From the NCBI GenBank assembly GCA_964270895.1, contig OZ185442.1: a stretch of 64,000 bases of DNA. One strand, given 5' to 3'. Positions 1 through 12,344 of this stretch are shown here, one piece after another. How positions within the stretch are numbered: the first letter of the stretch is position 1; every line of letters begins with the position of its first letter. Under the pieces are notes generated by a model. It saw nothing but the letters and a program-made list of their open reading frames with translations. It searched no databases and had not been told where the DNA came from. Both the position numbers and the translations under genes were made by a program. This DNA comes from Podarcis filfolensis. Its lineage: Eukaryota.

Positions 1-399
1 ATATTATGATAGATGTATGCCTGTGAAGTGCTATTTTATGAGTTGCACTAAGTTTTAGAGTAACAGGTCCAGAAGAAAAATACACGATGGGAAAAGTACA
101 CGATGGCTGTGATGAAGCAGTGCCAGAGTTGTGGAAGTTTTGTAACGAAGCATTATTAACAACGTGTGCCATTGAAATAAGCACATTATAGCTGTGGCCC
201 TCTCTCATTTGTGGGGGTCCTCATTACTAAGCAAGTATATGGCAACAGGGCGAAGAGTTGGGAAAGTGGCCTCTTTTTTCCACATGTTCACTTCCCCTGC
301 CCCCTCTTTCCCTGCACAGGGGTCTTTTCCTGTACCTTCTTACCCCACAGCCCATGTATTTCCCCTTGCCCCGTTCCTGTCGATAGGTTAATTGCCCAG

Positions 400-660
400 G
401 GTCAGGGTTATTGACAGCCTGATTAGTGCCCCTGTCAGCTCTGTACCAGGCTAATCTAGGCGGCCACAGCCCGGAAACACCAGCGCATTGATTTTTTGGG
501 GGATTCCCAGCGACCCCCGCGCTGACACATTGATCCGGCTCCCGGGAGCGAACTCTCTGTCAGCGCTTTGCTGCAGGCCTGCCTTCCTGTCCCAGCCGCA
601 CGCACTCCGCGCCAAACTCAGGCTGGGAAGCTATATATAAAAAAAAGAGGCGCCAGGTTT
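400..660. promoter_or_regulatory. CpG-retaining candidate enhancer with CATTGATTTT (486-495) and CATTGATCC (528-536)
   Basis: Local CpG enrichment, no repeat hallmarks, CUT-homeodomain-type cores. Confidence 0.4.
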
Positions 661-845
661 TGTTGTTGCTATACTTGCTGGGATTAAAAATGCCCAATTT
701 GTGATCCCTTGCTTGAACCGCTAGGCCACAGATGTCTCCCACAAGTGGCAACAGTAGAGGGACCTGACTCCCCACTTCACAGTTTGAGTCAAAGTACTGA
801 AATGCCCACCCCTCCTCCTTCTGCACTGTGTCTCAGAGTGCCTAA

Positions 846-987
846 CATAGAATCAGAGAATCATAGAGTTGGAAAGGGACCCTGAGGGTCAACTAGTCCA
901 ACCCCCGGCATGGCAGGAATCTTTTGCCCAATGTGGGGCTCAAACCCATGACCCTGAGATCTCATGCTCTACTGACTGAGCTATCCC
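846..987 (-). mobile_element. tRNA-Lys-derived SINE with CR1 3' tail (P.s.1/SINE-like)
   Basis: Reverse complement of a tRNA-Lys(CTT)-like head (anticodon region deleted) joined to the CR1 terminus ATCATAGAGTTGGAAGGGACC. Confidence 0.8.
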
Positions 988-1148
988 AGGACTAGGACAT
1001 CCCAGAGTTTCCTTCACCTCTTCCCTAAGCAAAGACCCAAGAGATTTTGGTGCCCGAGGCTGAACTCTAAATTCCCCCCACCGAAGTAAATAATACAGCC
1101 AACAACTGTGTCGTTGACAACGGAGGCTCCCTGTCCCTGCAAATTCAT

Positions 1149-1350
1149 TTTACTTATTTATCAGATTTAAACCCCGCTTTTCCTCCAAGGAGCTCACAGT
1201 GGCATACATGGTACTCTTCCACCCCATTTTATCCAGACAGCGTCTCTGGGAGGCAGGCTAGGCTGAGAGACTGTGACTGGCTCCAGGTCACCCCCAGTGA
1301 ATTTCATGACAGAGCAGGGATTTGAACCATGGTCTCCCAGGTCCAACACT
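1149..1350 (-). mobile_element. CORE-type (MIR/Squam3-like) SINE
   Basis: AGGCTGAGAG..GTGACTGGC.C.AGGTCACCCAGTGA.TTCATG..GAG..GGGATTTGAACC pattern with a (TTTA) tail at the left end. Confidence 0.7.
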
Positions 1351-2049
1351 CTTGGCCCTGGTGGGGTTTCTGCTCTTTCATTCCTGGGCTGCATATGCCC
1401 TGTTTGCTGCAGCTTACACCCTTTCCAACATCTGCCAAGGCCCTCCTTACCTCCTTCCATCTTGGGGGATGCAAATGCAAAAGAGGATATGGTTCTTGCA
1501 CCTTGAACAGTGGTGTGGAAGATGGGAAGCAACACCCCAAGCCCTGCTGTTCCTAGGCCTGTGCATCGAGTGACCAGAGGGGAAGGGGGCTGAAAAAGTG
1601 CCATTGTGGCCGACCCTCCAGATCAGCTCTTGGCAAGGCCAGTTCATCTCCTCCACCTAACTACAGCATCTGCAGCTCCTTCTAGGGCAGCAGGAAAAGA
1701 GTCGAGCCGTCGTGATGCCGGACGTTCCCAGTCCACGCACCAGGAGGTAGGCGTAGAATCCCCAAACCCCAAATCTGCAACCCTAGAAAGGCACGGAGAG
1801 GAAGCTCATGCTAAGAACTCAGCGAGCAGGAATAAGAAACGCAACAAGCGGAGCTCCTTCCCAAAGGGAAACAGCGAGCAGAAGATGCCGGGATCCCCCC
1901 CCCCCGCCTTTTCCGCACACGCTTCCTCCAGCTTTCAAGTGCTTTCGTGCCAGACTGGGGTTCCCCCCCCTTTCCCCTCCCCAACTGCCCCCTGCCATCA
2001 CTTACACAAATATTGACGCTAATGGTGTGTAGCGGGATGTAGAACATCC

Positions 2050-2200
2050 CAGCCTTCTAATTGTTGTGACTGGGGATCGGCAGGCCGATTAAACGCCATT
2101 GATTTTCTCATACTAACCGCATTGATTTTTAAATTTCCTATTGATTCCTGCCCTAAATCTCTTTAAGCAAAGACTTCACTCCGCAGATGACATCGGCTGA
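2050..2200. promoter_or_regulatory. Candidate enhancer with three tandem ATTGATT motifs
   Basis: CATTGATTTT at 2097 and 2120 and TATTGATTC at 2139, in CpG-retaining non-repeat sequence. Confidence 0.5.
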
Positions 2201-3379
2201 TTAGCAGGAACAACTGTGGGTACGCTGCGTAGCCAGGGGTGGGGGGTGCGAGGGGCAGGGGGGAGTTTTATATCAATTCTGGAGGGTACAGAGAACCAGG
2301 ACACCTGGATTCCAGCACTGGGAATGGGGAGTGGGCTTCAGTGGGCCGTAGCAGGAATGCCACAAGCTACGAGCCAGGACTCTGGAAGAGGTGGGGGGGG
2401 GTCCTAAGAGGACAGTTGTGGTCGGACACTTTGGGTGTGGCCTTATGAGATGGGTTGGGTGTTTGCAAGTGAGCTCTTGCAAATGCAAGGCCGTTTTTTT
2501 GATGGTCCCTGTTATGACAACAGCGCTTATTCCTCTACAAAGGAATTCTTTGCTATGAGCCCTGTTTAAAAAAAATGCTCAGAGGAAAATGTTTCATCTG
2601 AATTGACCATCCGTGTGTATTTTCGAAGAAAGATCCATAGCGTTGCATTTCTGCTTATTCTTCTCAAGTACCGATTCCGAAAAATTAATGTGGATCTTTA
2701 GCTTCCCCCTGTTTCTCCACAAGGAAGGATAAACGCAACTTTGGAAGAGGCCCGTTTGTGGATTGCAGAATTTGTGTGCCTCTCTGCTGCAGTAGCTCAC
2801 TATGTGTGCACCTACCTTTCTATGTTCTGTGTAATGAAGGGCATTGGGGAATCTTAGGATCCAGCAAAGTTTTATAGGAGTATCCTGCTTTCTGACGTCT
2901 GCAGGTCCGTTGTTTTAGGTACGGAGAGCCTGGGTTTTTCTATCCTGGTGCGCATATAGTTTGGCAAAGGCTACTGTTGGCACAGGTGCTAAATGGTGCT
3001 GGGACCAGAGGTTTGTGGTACTCGCAGATAAAAAAAAAATGGGAAGACCCAGCTGTGGTTGGCATAGAGCTAGCCGGGGCCTTTTCTCTGCCTTGCCGTT
3101 TTGCAACGCTATGATCCTACACCCTTTGCATTTCCGTAGGATGGAAGCAACTCCACTCTAAGGCGTTTGGGGAGAGGTGCATACTATCTCTCGATATGTG
3201 GCCCCCTTGCCAGAAAGGTTGGCCACCTCTGTCTGAGGTATACCTACAAAGTTAAGTTGCTTTAGTAACAGGCCCTGTCATGGCCGACCCCACCATTAAG
3301 CACCATTGTGCAGGATTGGTTCTGTGGGAGAAGAGTGTGAGGCATCCAGGAAAGAAACTGTCAGAGAAGGAGGCCACAA

Positions 3380-3670
3380 ATGCACACCACCTTGGTACCA
3401 ATTTAAACAGCCGTGACTTCCCCTCCCCCCACAAATCCTGGGAACTGTAGCTTGTCACAGGTGCCGAGGGTTGTTAGGAAACACCCTATTCCCCTCACAG
3501 AGCTACAATTCCCAGAGCGGTTTAACAATTAATCCCTCTTCAGGAGGAAATCTGGGAATTGTAGTTCTGTGAGGGGAACGGCTCTCAGCACAACTGACAA
3601 CTCCCAGAATTCTTTGGGGGAAGCCATTGCTGTTTACAGTAGTGTCTTAGTGGGGTGAAAGTGCGGTCTG
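3380..3670. mobile_element. Degenerate palindromic non-autonomous DNA element (same family as 51385-51810 and 5270-5420)
   Basis: Internal inverted arms CCTGGGAACTGTAG...CTACAA(T/C)TCCCAG and CCCCTCACAGAGCTACAATTCCCAGA. Confidence 0.6.
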
Positions 3671-6600
3671 AGTTTTATTGAGGCTCAACTCCATGTGAAC
3701 AGTGCCTGTGTTTAAATCTAGGCCCGATTTAGTCACACTTGAAATGGGGGAGTGGGGGCTGGTTTTCTGAGGCATGAGGTCTGGGGGTGGGTTTCAAAGC
3801 TGTTGAACTTTTTTTATAAAAAAGGTGCTAAGCCTTCTCCCTCATGAATGCATCTTTCCTTCTCACAGTCTCTTTCCTGAAGTCACTTCCCCCCACTTCT
3901 GGGCAACAACCATGGAAGTAAGCTCAGGAGAGAGAAAAGTGTCTGTGGCGAGATGCCATGAGGAGATATGTGGCAGATTGGGGGCGGGTAAGGATTCAGC
4001 TCCCCTCATTGTCCGCATATCCCTTTGCTCTAGAAAATGGCTGCACCCCTCCTTTATATATAGTTAGGGCAGACCACTGTTTAAACCACGTTTGTCATGG
4101 GTCATTTGAGCCTGGTGGAGAGAAAGAAGGTGGCACCTTTAATGTTTTGCCTAGCTTAAAAACAGATTATATATTTGTTCCCAGATGGTTAAAGGTTGCT
4201 GGAGAGAACCACTGTTTTCTCTGGTTATATAGATTCGCTTTTCCTGTGCTATTAGCATATCCGATCAAACAGGTCGTGCAGGTTTTTTAGGATTTTGGAA
4301 AACCTTTCGAAGTCTGTTTGACTGGAGATGACAGTGAGGCGAAATAAATGTGATTGTGTGTGTCCGACTGAGGTAAAGATACTTTTTAATAACGCTTTTA
4401 AAAACGTCTGCTTCCAGTGGGCCCTACTGAGCATTCAATGAAATCTCATTTCTTTGTGTGCAAGTTGTGCAGTATTTGTGCATACATTGCTGTTCCTTTG
4501 GTATGTGCCCGTGAGAGTGGTGTGGTCATCCCAGGCCTTTTCTGACACTCTGTTCTCTCCTTAGGTTCTGGACTGGACTGGAGTGAATGTACTACAGCTG
4601 CCACTTCTGCCTGAAAGGTCAGTAGTTCTGCAAAGTTTGTTTCTGGGGCGTGTGAGCAGGGGGGGGGGGAGGCTATTGACTCCCCACCCGTAAAGAAAAA
4701 TCAACGAGAAAAAGTCACTAAAAACCACGTTTGGAACTCTCTCATTGTATTAGTGACAGATGCAGCAGCAGAGCTACGTGTTACATGCACAGGCCTTTAT
4801 CAAAAGATGGCTGCTTTTCTTGGGCAAAAGCAGCACTGGGGAGGGGGTGGTTTCGAGCAGAGAAGCAGCTGAGTGTGCCTTGTGTGCCGAATCCTTTCTC
4901 GGCTGCTACTTCTCCACTCCAAATTGCTCCGCTCCAAGCCAGCCCTGTGCACCTCCGGTGCCAAAAATGTGCATGCTCTCTGCAGGGGCTGAGGGTGTGT
5001 GTGTGATTTGGAGCCACAGGCAGGGAAGGGATTAAGCACACCCCTGCCACTTCTCTGCTCAAAAATTGCCATCCAAAAGTTGGCTTTTCCCTAGGCGAAA
5101 CAGTTAGTTGTCAGACTCTTGTTACCCACGTATGCATGCGGTGTGAAGCTACGCTGTAAATATCACTAATGCAGGGTAGAATACGGAAGGAAAAGCACGT
5201 ATGGCCAACGTAGGCTTTTCTTCACGGTATGCACCAATTTAAGCGTAAGCTGGTTCCAGGGTCTTTCTTTCTCCCTTGGGAACTGTACTGTGAGGGGAAC
5301 TAGGAAATTCCAAGGAATAACTGCCAACCCCATCACCATACCACAATTCCCAGGATTCTGTGGGAGTAGCCATAACAAAGGGACTTTTTCAAAACCAAAA
5401 TTTGTAGTGTAGATACACTGGACATTTTATGTATGGAAATATCAATGGAGTGTGAATGAAGGAGGCCATCCTGCTGAAATAAATACAGAGGCATGTGCTC
5501 CAACTTTCTGAGGCTAACCCTGACCCCAAAAGCCTAACTGGATGGTCAGCTATTGGATTTCCTGACATAATTTTCTTCTTCTAAGAGCAGCCACTTGGGG
5601 GTCCTGATTCAGAGTAGGACTACAGGAGTATGGCCCTTTAACCTTTTCCCCTTGCACTTCTACCCAGATTCAAATTGCATTCCTACCCCTATCCCTATTA
5701 GCCATGTAGGATGTATAATATAGATACTTTTCTGTCGTCGTCCCCCCTGCAGCTAATAGCAGTAGGTGTGTGCCTGAGGTTTCATTGGTGAAATCAGCAC
5801 CTGGCATGCAGAGGGTTAATTCCCTTTCTGCTGTTCTGCAGCCCCAACTGACTTTCCCCACAGCTGCTACTTGCCTGGAAAAGAAAAAGGTGCTGAGAGA
5901 TGCATTAATGCCACTCCAATATCATGTGTAGTTGGGGTCTAAACTACTAGCAAGAGTAGCAGAGGTATTTTGCTTTTAGGATAGGGATAGCTTCAGCACC
6001 CAGATTTCTAAATTCTCTGAGGGAAATTAATGCTTTGATTTTAGGGCACACAGCTAGGAAACCAAAATATGTATGGGTGGGCAAGCCTTGACTAAGTGCC
6101 TTGTGGGTAGAGACTCTGTTTGGGTCTCTGTGGGTAGAGACCGACTGCTTGTGTGACCCTTAGAGGAATCGCACTGTCTCTTTTTTGATTCCATCTCACT
6201 TTCTGGGCAAGCTGATGGGCAGGGATGGTTCATGGGCATCACTGTGAGTTCTGGCTGAAGATGAGGACATGCTTAGTGACATCTGGCAGTCTTGCCTGCA
6301 TTCTTCCAAGGGATCTTAACCTGTGTCCTGTGTCAGGAGCAAAGCATATTGTAGGTGGCAGGACCATTATATTATTTCAAGCACATACAATGAAGTCTGG
6401 AGAAGTCTTGGCTATTTGATTGGCCAGGCATGTGAAATTTTGATGCTGTCGGTATCTATCCATGGGTGCCTTGGCTGGCACTGGAGAAGTTGCTATGTCT
6501 GTAAAATGGGAATTATAATACTTAACCTTGCAGGGTTATGAACTTGGGAAGATGAAAGAGCTAAAGGGGTAGGGTCCAAATATATGCATGCAGGAGATGG

Positions 6601-8297
6601 ACCCCACACACAGGTAGTGTTTTACTTGCTGTTTTTGCTGACAATGGGAGAAGCCTCTTTTTAAAAAGTGAACAGTGGCTTGATATTTCACTGTTGAGAG
6701 CTGCTGCAGTGCTGGCATTTCCCCTCTTCCTGAACATACCTGCCCCTTCTTCGCTTGCTGGCCAGAAACTGTAAGGAACATAAGTGCCAAATACATCATC
6801 ATACAAAAAAGATACTGCTATGTTTGATTCTGTGACATGGGATTTTATTCATACGTTTTCACTATTGCCTGCTGCTAATAGTTCAAGTTAGAGGAGCAGG
6901 GATCAAGAACAGATCTTTGTACAATCAGGCCAAATGTCTACATTTTCTACAAAGTGGCAAGGAAAATGGATTTGGCCTCTGTTTTCTTCTAATCCAGGGC
7001 TGGAGGGACTAGGTGAAACATACCTATGAATGTGATTCTGGTGTGCATGTTGTCTTTTCTTCTTAACAAGACCCACTGAATCCACAATACTGTACTTTAA
7101 AATAAGTGACAGTCTCCCATTACTTATTTTTCAGGGTGGGTTGAAATTGGCTTTATTGTTTCGTTGAACATTTTTTTAATGTGTAAAGCATCAAACTGTA
7201 CAATTTCTGATCATGTTAAAAGGCACAGGTTACTGCAGTGGAATTTCAGTGGAAAAATTCAGGATGACATCTTTCCCCAAAAGTCATAAAGGATCACTCT
7301 AAAAAAACCAAGCTGATCTCATTGCCCATGGGTGGGATAAAGCAAATGCCTGGCCCCCTACTGATGAAGGCTTACCCCAAATATTTTCTCTTCCATGTCT
7401 TACGTGAGAAAACTCCTCTGTATATTTACTAGTTTCCCACTACAGCAATCTTTTTGCAAATATCAGATCCACTTTCCTACCTTCCCTTTTTTAGGAACTG
7501 GGGAATGAGGGTAAAACGCTTTGCAGGTATCTCCCTATCCCCTAAAAGAAGATAGAGTGGAAGACAGCCCAAGAATGATGCCCCCCCCATTCATTGACGA
7601 TATCCCAGCGAGAGTTCCGCAGCAACAAAGAAATCCCATCTTCCATTCTTTTTGTTCCTTTTATTTCCTCTTTTAATTTTATGTTACTTTCTGTAGGAGA
7701 ACTATTTCTGATTAAATCTCAATCTCTCTTTCTCTCTCTTTAAATTATCACCTCCTCCAAACCTCTTTCTAGATTTCCCCACTATTGCCTCCAAATTAGC
7801 AAATTGCATTTTAAAAAGATAAAATGAACCAACCAAATCTTAATAAGGTTTGGAATGAGAAACTGGAAAAGAGTGTTCATTCCAGATTTCTTGGTAATTT
7901 TTCAGACAGTCCATTAATTGCTCTATTAGATCACTTATTGAATTTTTCTTCCAAATCTTTATTTCTTTTGGATTGAGCTTGTAAGCCACGACATCCTAGT
8001 ACTTTAGATCCTTCTATTTCTTTGAAGGTAGGCCCAGGTTGTAGTGAGGATGCTAGGTTGTACAGGAGGAAAGGCTGAAATTGTACATCTTTTTACGATA
8101 AACATTTAAATGGTAAACAAATATGATACAGTAGGGGTAGAAAGAGATTTCATGTTTCCCAGTTTTTAATTCTAAATGAAGACAGGAAGTATCTTAATAC
8201 ATGCAAAAGACATATCTAACTCTAGAACTGCAAAGTAACATCTTGTACATTGCAGGATAGCAATAATGTTTTCTAAATAATATTTAATAGAGAGTGG

Positions 8298-8299
<2 letters not shown>

Positions 8300-8344
<45 letters not shown>
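8300..8344. repeat. (CT)n microsatellite
   Basis: Read directly from the sequence. Confidence 0.97.
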
Positions 8345-8349
<5 letters not shown>

Positions 8350-11300
8350 CAATTAACCTTTTGTACACATAATCTGCATGGTTGAAGTGACCAAAGAGTG
8401 TGTATGCGTGTTTAGTGATGATTCTTATCCATCTAAGTTGATGGTGCTACTTGCTCTGGATTAATCAGTTCACAGAAAAAGGATATACAAGTTTAACCAA
8501 TCCAGCAAGAAGTATCCATACATAATGCAGGTTCATCTTCTGGATCTGGATCTGTTTACGCTGCAAAATTGCTACATGAGCAGATCTTTTGTTTGGATGC
8601 CAGCACCCAGCTATACATATAGTTCCAGATATTGGATTGGGAACCATGCACGCAGTGCCCAGCGCTCCATTGCTGATTGAATAAGCATTAGTACAGTGTG
8701 GTGTGGATAGGATATTCCTTCCCATCCATCTTGTGTGATGCAGATGGAAACGCAGAATGCCCATCCCTTACTTTGAGTCTGCACATATCTATTACCTGCA
8801 TGCTAATTAATTGCGTGCCATTATATTTGAAGTTTGAATGCACAAATAACAATGTAAAAGCTGGATTATTTAAGAAAAAGCAAACAGGTGTATGCACACA
8901 TCTATATGATCTGTCTACAGAGAGAAATTAAGGCCAGCATCCATAGAACGGCACAACTGGTTCCTCTTACCCAAGGAAGTTTGGCATGCTAGAAAGAAGT
9001 CATTTTTGAAACTAAATAGTTTGTAATATGACACGGAGGAGAAAATTTTGCTGTTTCAAGAAATAAATACTGTAGTCCAGAATCCAAGCAGGGACCCACC
9101 CACAAGCCATTGAGCTCAACTCTTCGGATGCTGGCTTATAGGGATAAAACCTTCCTCTGTTTACTCATTATTCCATACACTTTTCTGTTCCACGTCTCCT
9201 TGTTTAAACCTCTTACTCCATGCATCAGTTCTGTTGTAGAAAGGTGGAAACAATGGAAACAATAAATAAACAAAACAATAAATACTTTTGCCAGCAATTA
9301 AATTTGAGATTAGCGATGTATTTAGGATGAATATTTTTTATTTCCACCCCACCCAATTCCCATTGGTTTAGAGTAGTTACAATATAAAAATAAATCACAT
9401 TGAAACAATCCTTCTAATGCCCAGTAGAGTAAATACTGGTGCAGAAAGGGTGGAGACTGGAAATGGCATATCCATGCTGCACATTTTAAAAGAGCAGTGT
9501 GTTTCTTTTAGTTTGTTTGGGATGAAATAGAAGAGGGGGCAATACCTCATTGGACCAGCAGTTATAAGGGCATTTTAGCAGGTGCTGCTAAGAACTCCCT
9601 TTCATCTACAAAGCAGTACTTTTAAGCGTTGTTAAATGCAGATTAGAATGTGGAAAAGAGTAATTTTCAAGGTAGCCTGTTCAGGATTTACATTTGGTGG
9701 GCAATTCCAATGCAGGCTGAAGCAGCTCTCCTGGAAACGAACCAAGTCCTCCTGTTAGGTGACTGCCTTGTTTCTTTGGATGGGTGGATTTGTGATTAAC
9801 TCAGCTCCTCTTTCCTACGGTGGTTTATTATTAGCATCTACAGACCTTCCTTTTCCCTTTGAAGGCTGAAATGGGGTGCACATGTACCCTCTTCCCAGCT
9901 TCACTCCAGAAAGAGAATTTCTTCAGGTGAGATCAAACACTATCCAAAAACAGCCATCATCCCCAGTTTGGCTTTTGTTATTATTTTGGAAAATGTCTAC
10001 TATAATAGCCTTGGTTGGTTGGTTCGTTTGTGTGTGTATGTGTGTATGTGTACATTCCATCTTCTGTGACCTAGAGACAGGGAGAAAAGGAGAGAGAGAG
10101 AGAGAGAACATATTAACACCCCCACTTTAAGGCTAGCGGCAGTTAATTTCTGACCTCAGCACTATGGTACTGAATCAAATAATTGCACTCTTTCTATCCC
10201 ACCAACTCTTATTTTTTCCTCTTCTTTCTCTCTCCCCCCCTCTCCTTCCCTCTCTGCCCCATGCATATTCATCTATTTGCCCCTCCATCAATCTGATATC
10301 TATCTATATTACACCATATATACCCCTCTCCTCTCTCCTTCTGCCTCTCACTAATATATTTCCATCCCATTCTCTGTCCATCCCTTTCTCCGTCTCTCTC
10401 TCCCCCTCCCTTTCATATATTTTCTGTCTGTCTATCTTCCACTCCGCGCTCTCTCCCCACACATTTCTATCTTTGCATCCATCCTCTATCTACTTTCTCT
10501 CCATGTTTCCAGGGCTGTTGGAATAAAAAAAAAAGGGGGGGGGAATCAAATGATACATGAAAAGAGAGTTCAATGGGACACAGATAATGGTATCTGCTGT
10601 TGATCTCCTTTTGGACCACTTGTTTGAAATGCAGTTGAACAGGACTTGCAAGATCATAATAGAGTAATAAGGGATATGTGCATGGAGGTGGGGAGAAGAA
10701 TCCAACTGCACCCAGAGAGTAAATGGGAAAAAAGAAATATCCTGCGATATTGGGGCAGGACTCAAGTTTTGGGGTTTGGCTGGCTCTAGCTGTGACTCAC
10801 AGCTCATCCACGCAACAGTTTCTCCAAGGGCTGATTTGATGCAGAAGCACCAAACTGGAAGTATGGCGGATGGGGTTCAATGAGGGTTAGTAGTAGCAGG
10901 AGAAAGAGGTACCAACTAGCCTGTAGCATCCCTCCACTCCAGAGGGTTGAAGTCACTTTGGAAAAGCGGTCCTCTAGTTAGACAGGTCTGGCAGGGCTTT
11001 CCCCCCATCCTTGTTGCAAAATCCTACCAAACCCTTTTGGAGAGTGGCAGCAGGGTGGGTGCAGGAGAAATTTGTGTGTCGATGACAGGCGACGAAGCCT
11101 TTAGCGATCCATGTTGGTGAACTCCCTTTTGAAACTATTGTCTGTCTCAAATCTTGCCACCCTGCCACTTCCGAGGAAACAGCGCTGGCTGGGGTTGAGA
11201 CCCCAACTGCGGCTTACACAGACCTGACTGTTGGGGAAGTGGGAGAGAAGGCAGTTGGGGAAAAATAAGGAAACCAACATCGTCTAGAGAAGCAACATCT

Positions 11301-11717
11301 GAATGCATGTGCATTTTAAAAAAATGTGCCAATTCCTTCAGTGGGTGATAAGGCCTGGGTGGGGAGAGAAGCACGGTGTGATCCTGAGCCAGGAACCAAA
11401 GTGATCACAGAAGAGGTCGCTTTCTCACACGTCCCTCCCCAAAGCCTTATAAAGAGAGACTAGGGGATGAACAGACAGGTGCCTCTGCTTTCCCCCTTGA
11501 AGGAAAGTAAAAGAAAGTGAGTCTCCTGGAGAGAAGTCAAAGAGTTATTACAGAAACTCTCTTGGCCTCATTATATATCCCATGGGCTATTTTTGGGGGG
11601 TGGGGAAGGTCACCCCTTTATTATTACAGTGCCTAGTAGTAATTATCTGTGTAAATCTCTCTTCTTCTAATAATAAACCTGGAAGGGGCTGTGAGCGCTG
11701 AGTGCCTGGTTTGGGGC

Positions 11718-11745
11718 CACACACACACACACACACACACACACA
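11718..11745. repeat. (CA)n microsatellite
   Basis: Read directly from the sequence. Confidence 0.97.
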
Positions 11746-12039
11746 TTAATTTAAGTAAGGGGATGGAGGAGCCTTATGAAGCTGATTAAGGGGTTTATTT
11801 TTAGCCCTTGAAAAAGAGGGATAGTGGAAGTGTCAGGTGTAGGGTGTGTGTTAATTTTTTTTTTTTTTTAGAAAGAAGGCAAGCGAAGGAAGATTATTTG
11901 CTTGAGGGGGGGTGTCAATAATTCATCCATACTCTCTTTCCCCTCCCCCCCTTTCAACACCCACACTAAGCTTGTACCTAAGGAATAATTGCTTTTGTCT
12001 GGGTGGACTGTATTTGTGCAAAGAGTGAAGAGGAAGGGG

Positions 12040-12310
12040 GGGGGGAGAGATGTTGGTAGCGGAGCCCCCCGCGGGGGGGATTGCGAGGGACGGCAAGTCG
12101 CTGGCTCGGATGTCATTTGTCAAAGCGGGGTGGTTGGAAGGAGAGAGGGGAGGTAGAAGCAAAGGGGGGGGAGATAACGGGGAAGACAATAAAGTGGGAA
12201 TCGTAGGCTGTGTGTGTGTGTGTGATGGAAAAGGGGGGCGAGGTGAAGTGGGGGGGAGAGAAAGATTCGGACGGAGCTAAGGGGCCCCCGTTGATCTAGT
12301 GAAAAGGGGC

Positions 12311-12344
<34 letters not shown>

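Noticed and set aside
1469-1482. Isolated octamers (1469, 20542, 56477)
   Set aside because: A few perfect 8-mers are expected by chance in 64 kb, and these lack supporting motifs or CpG-retaining context.
7650-8040. Possible L1-type ORF remnant on the minus strand
   Set aside because: Short protein-like frames but no diagnostic motif, so it cannot be assigned by eye.
1-12000. A neighbouring protein-coding gene upstream of POU2F2 (DEDD2 in the human arrangement)
   Set aside because: No exon or ORF with recognisable homology was found in this interval.
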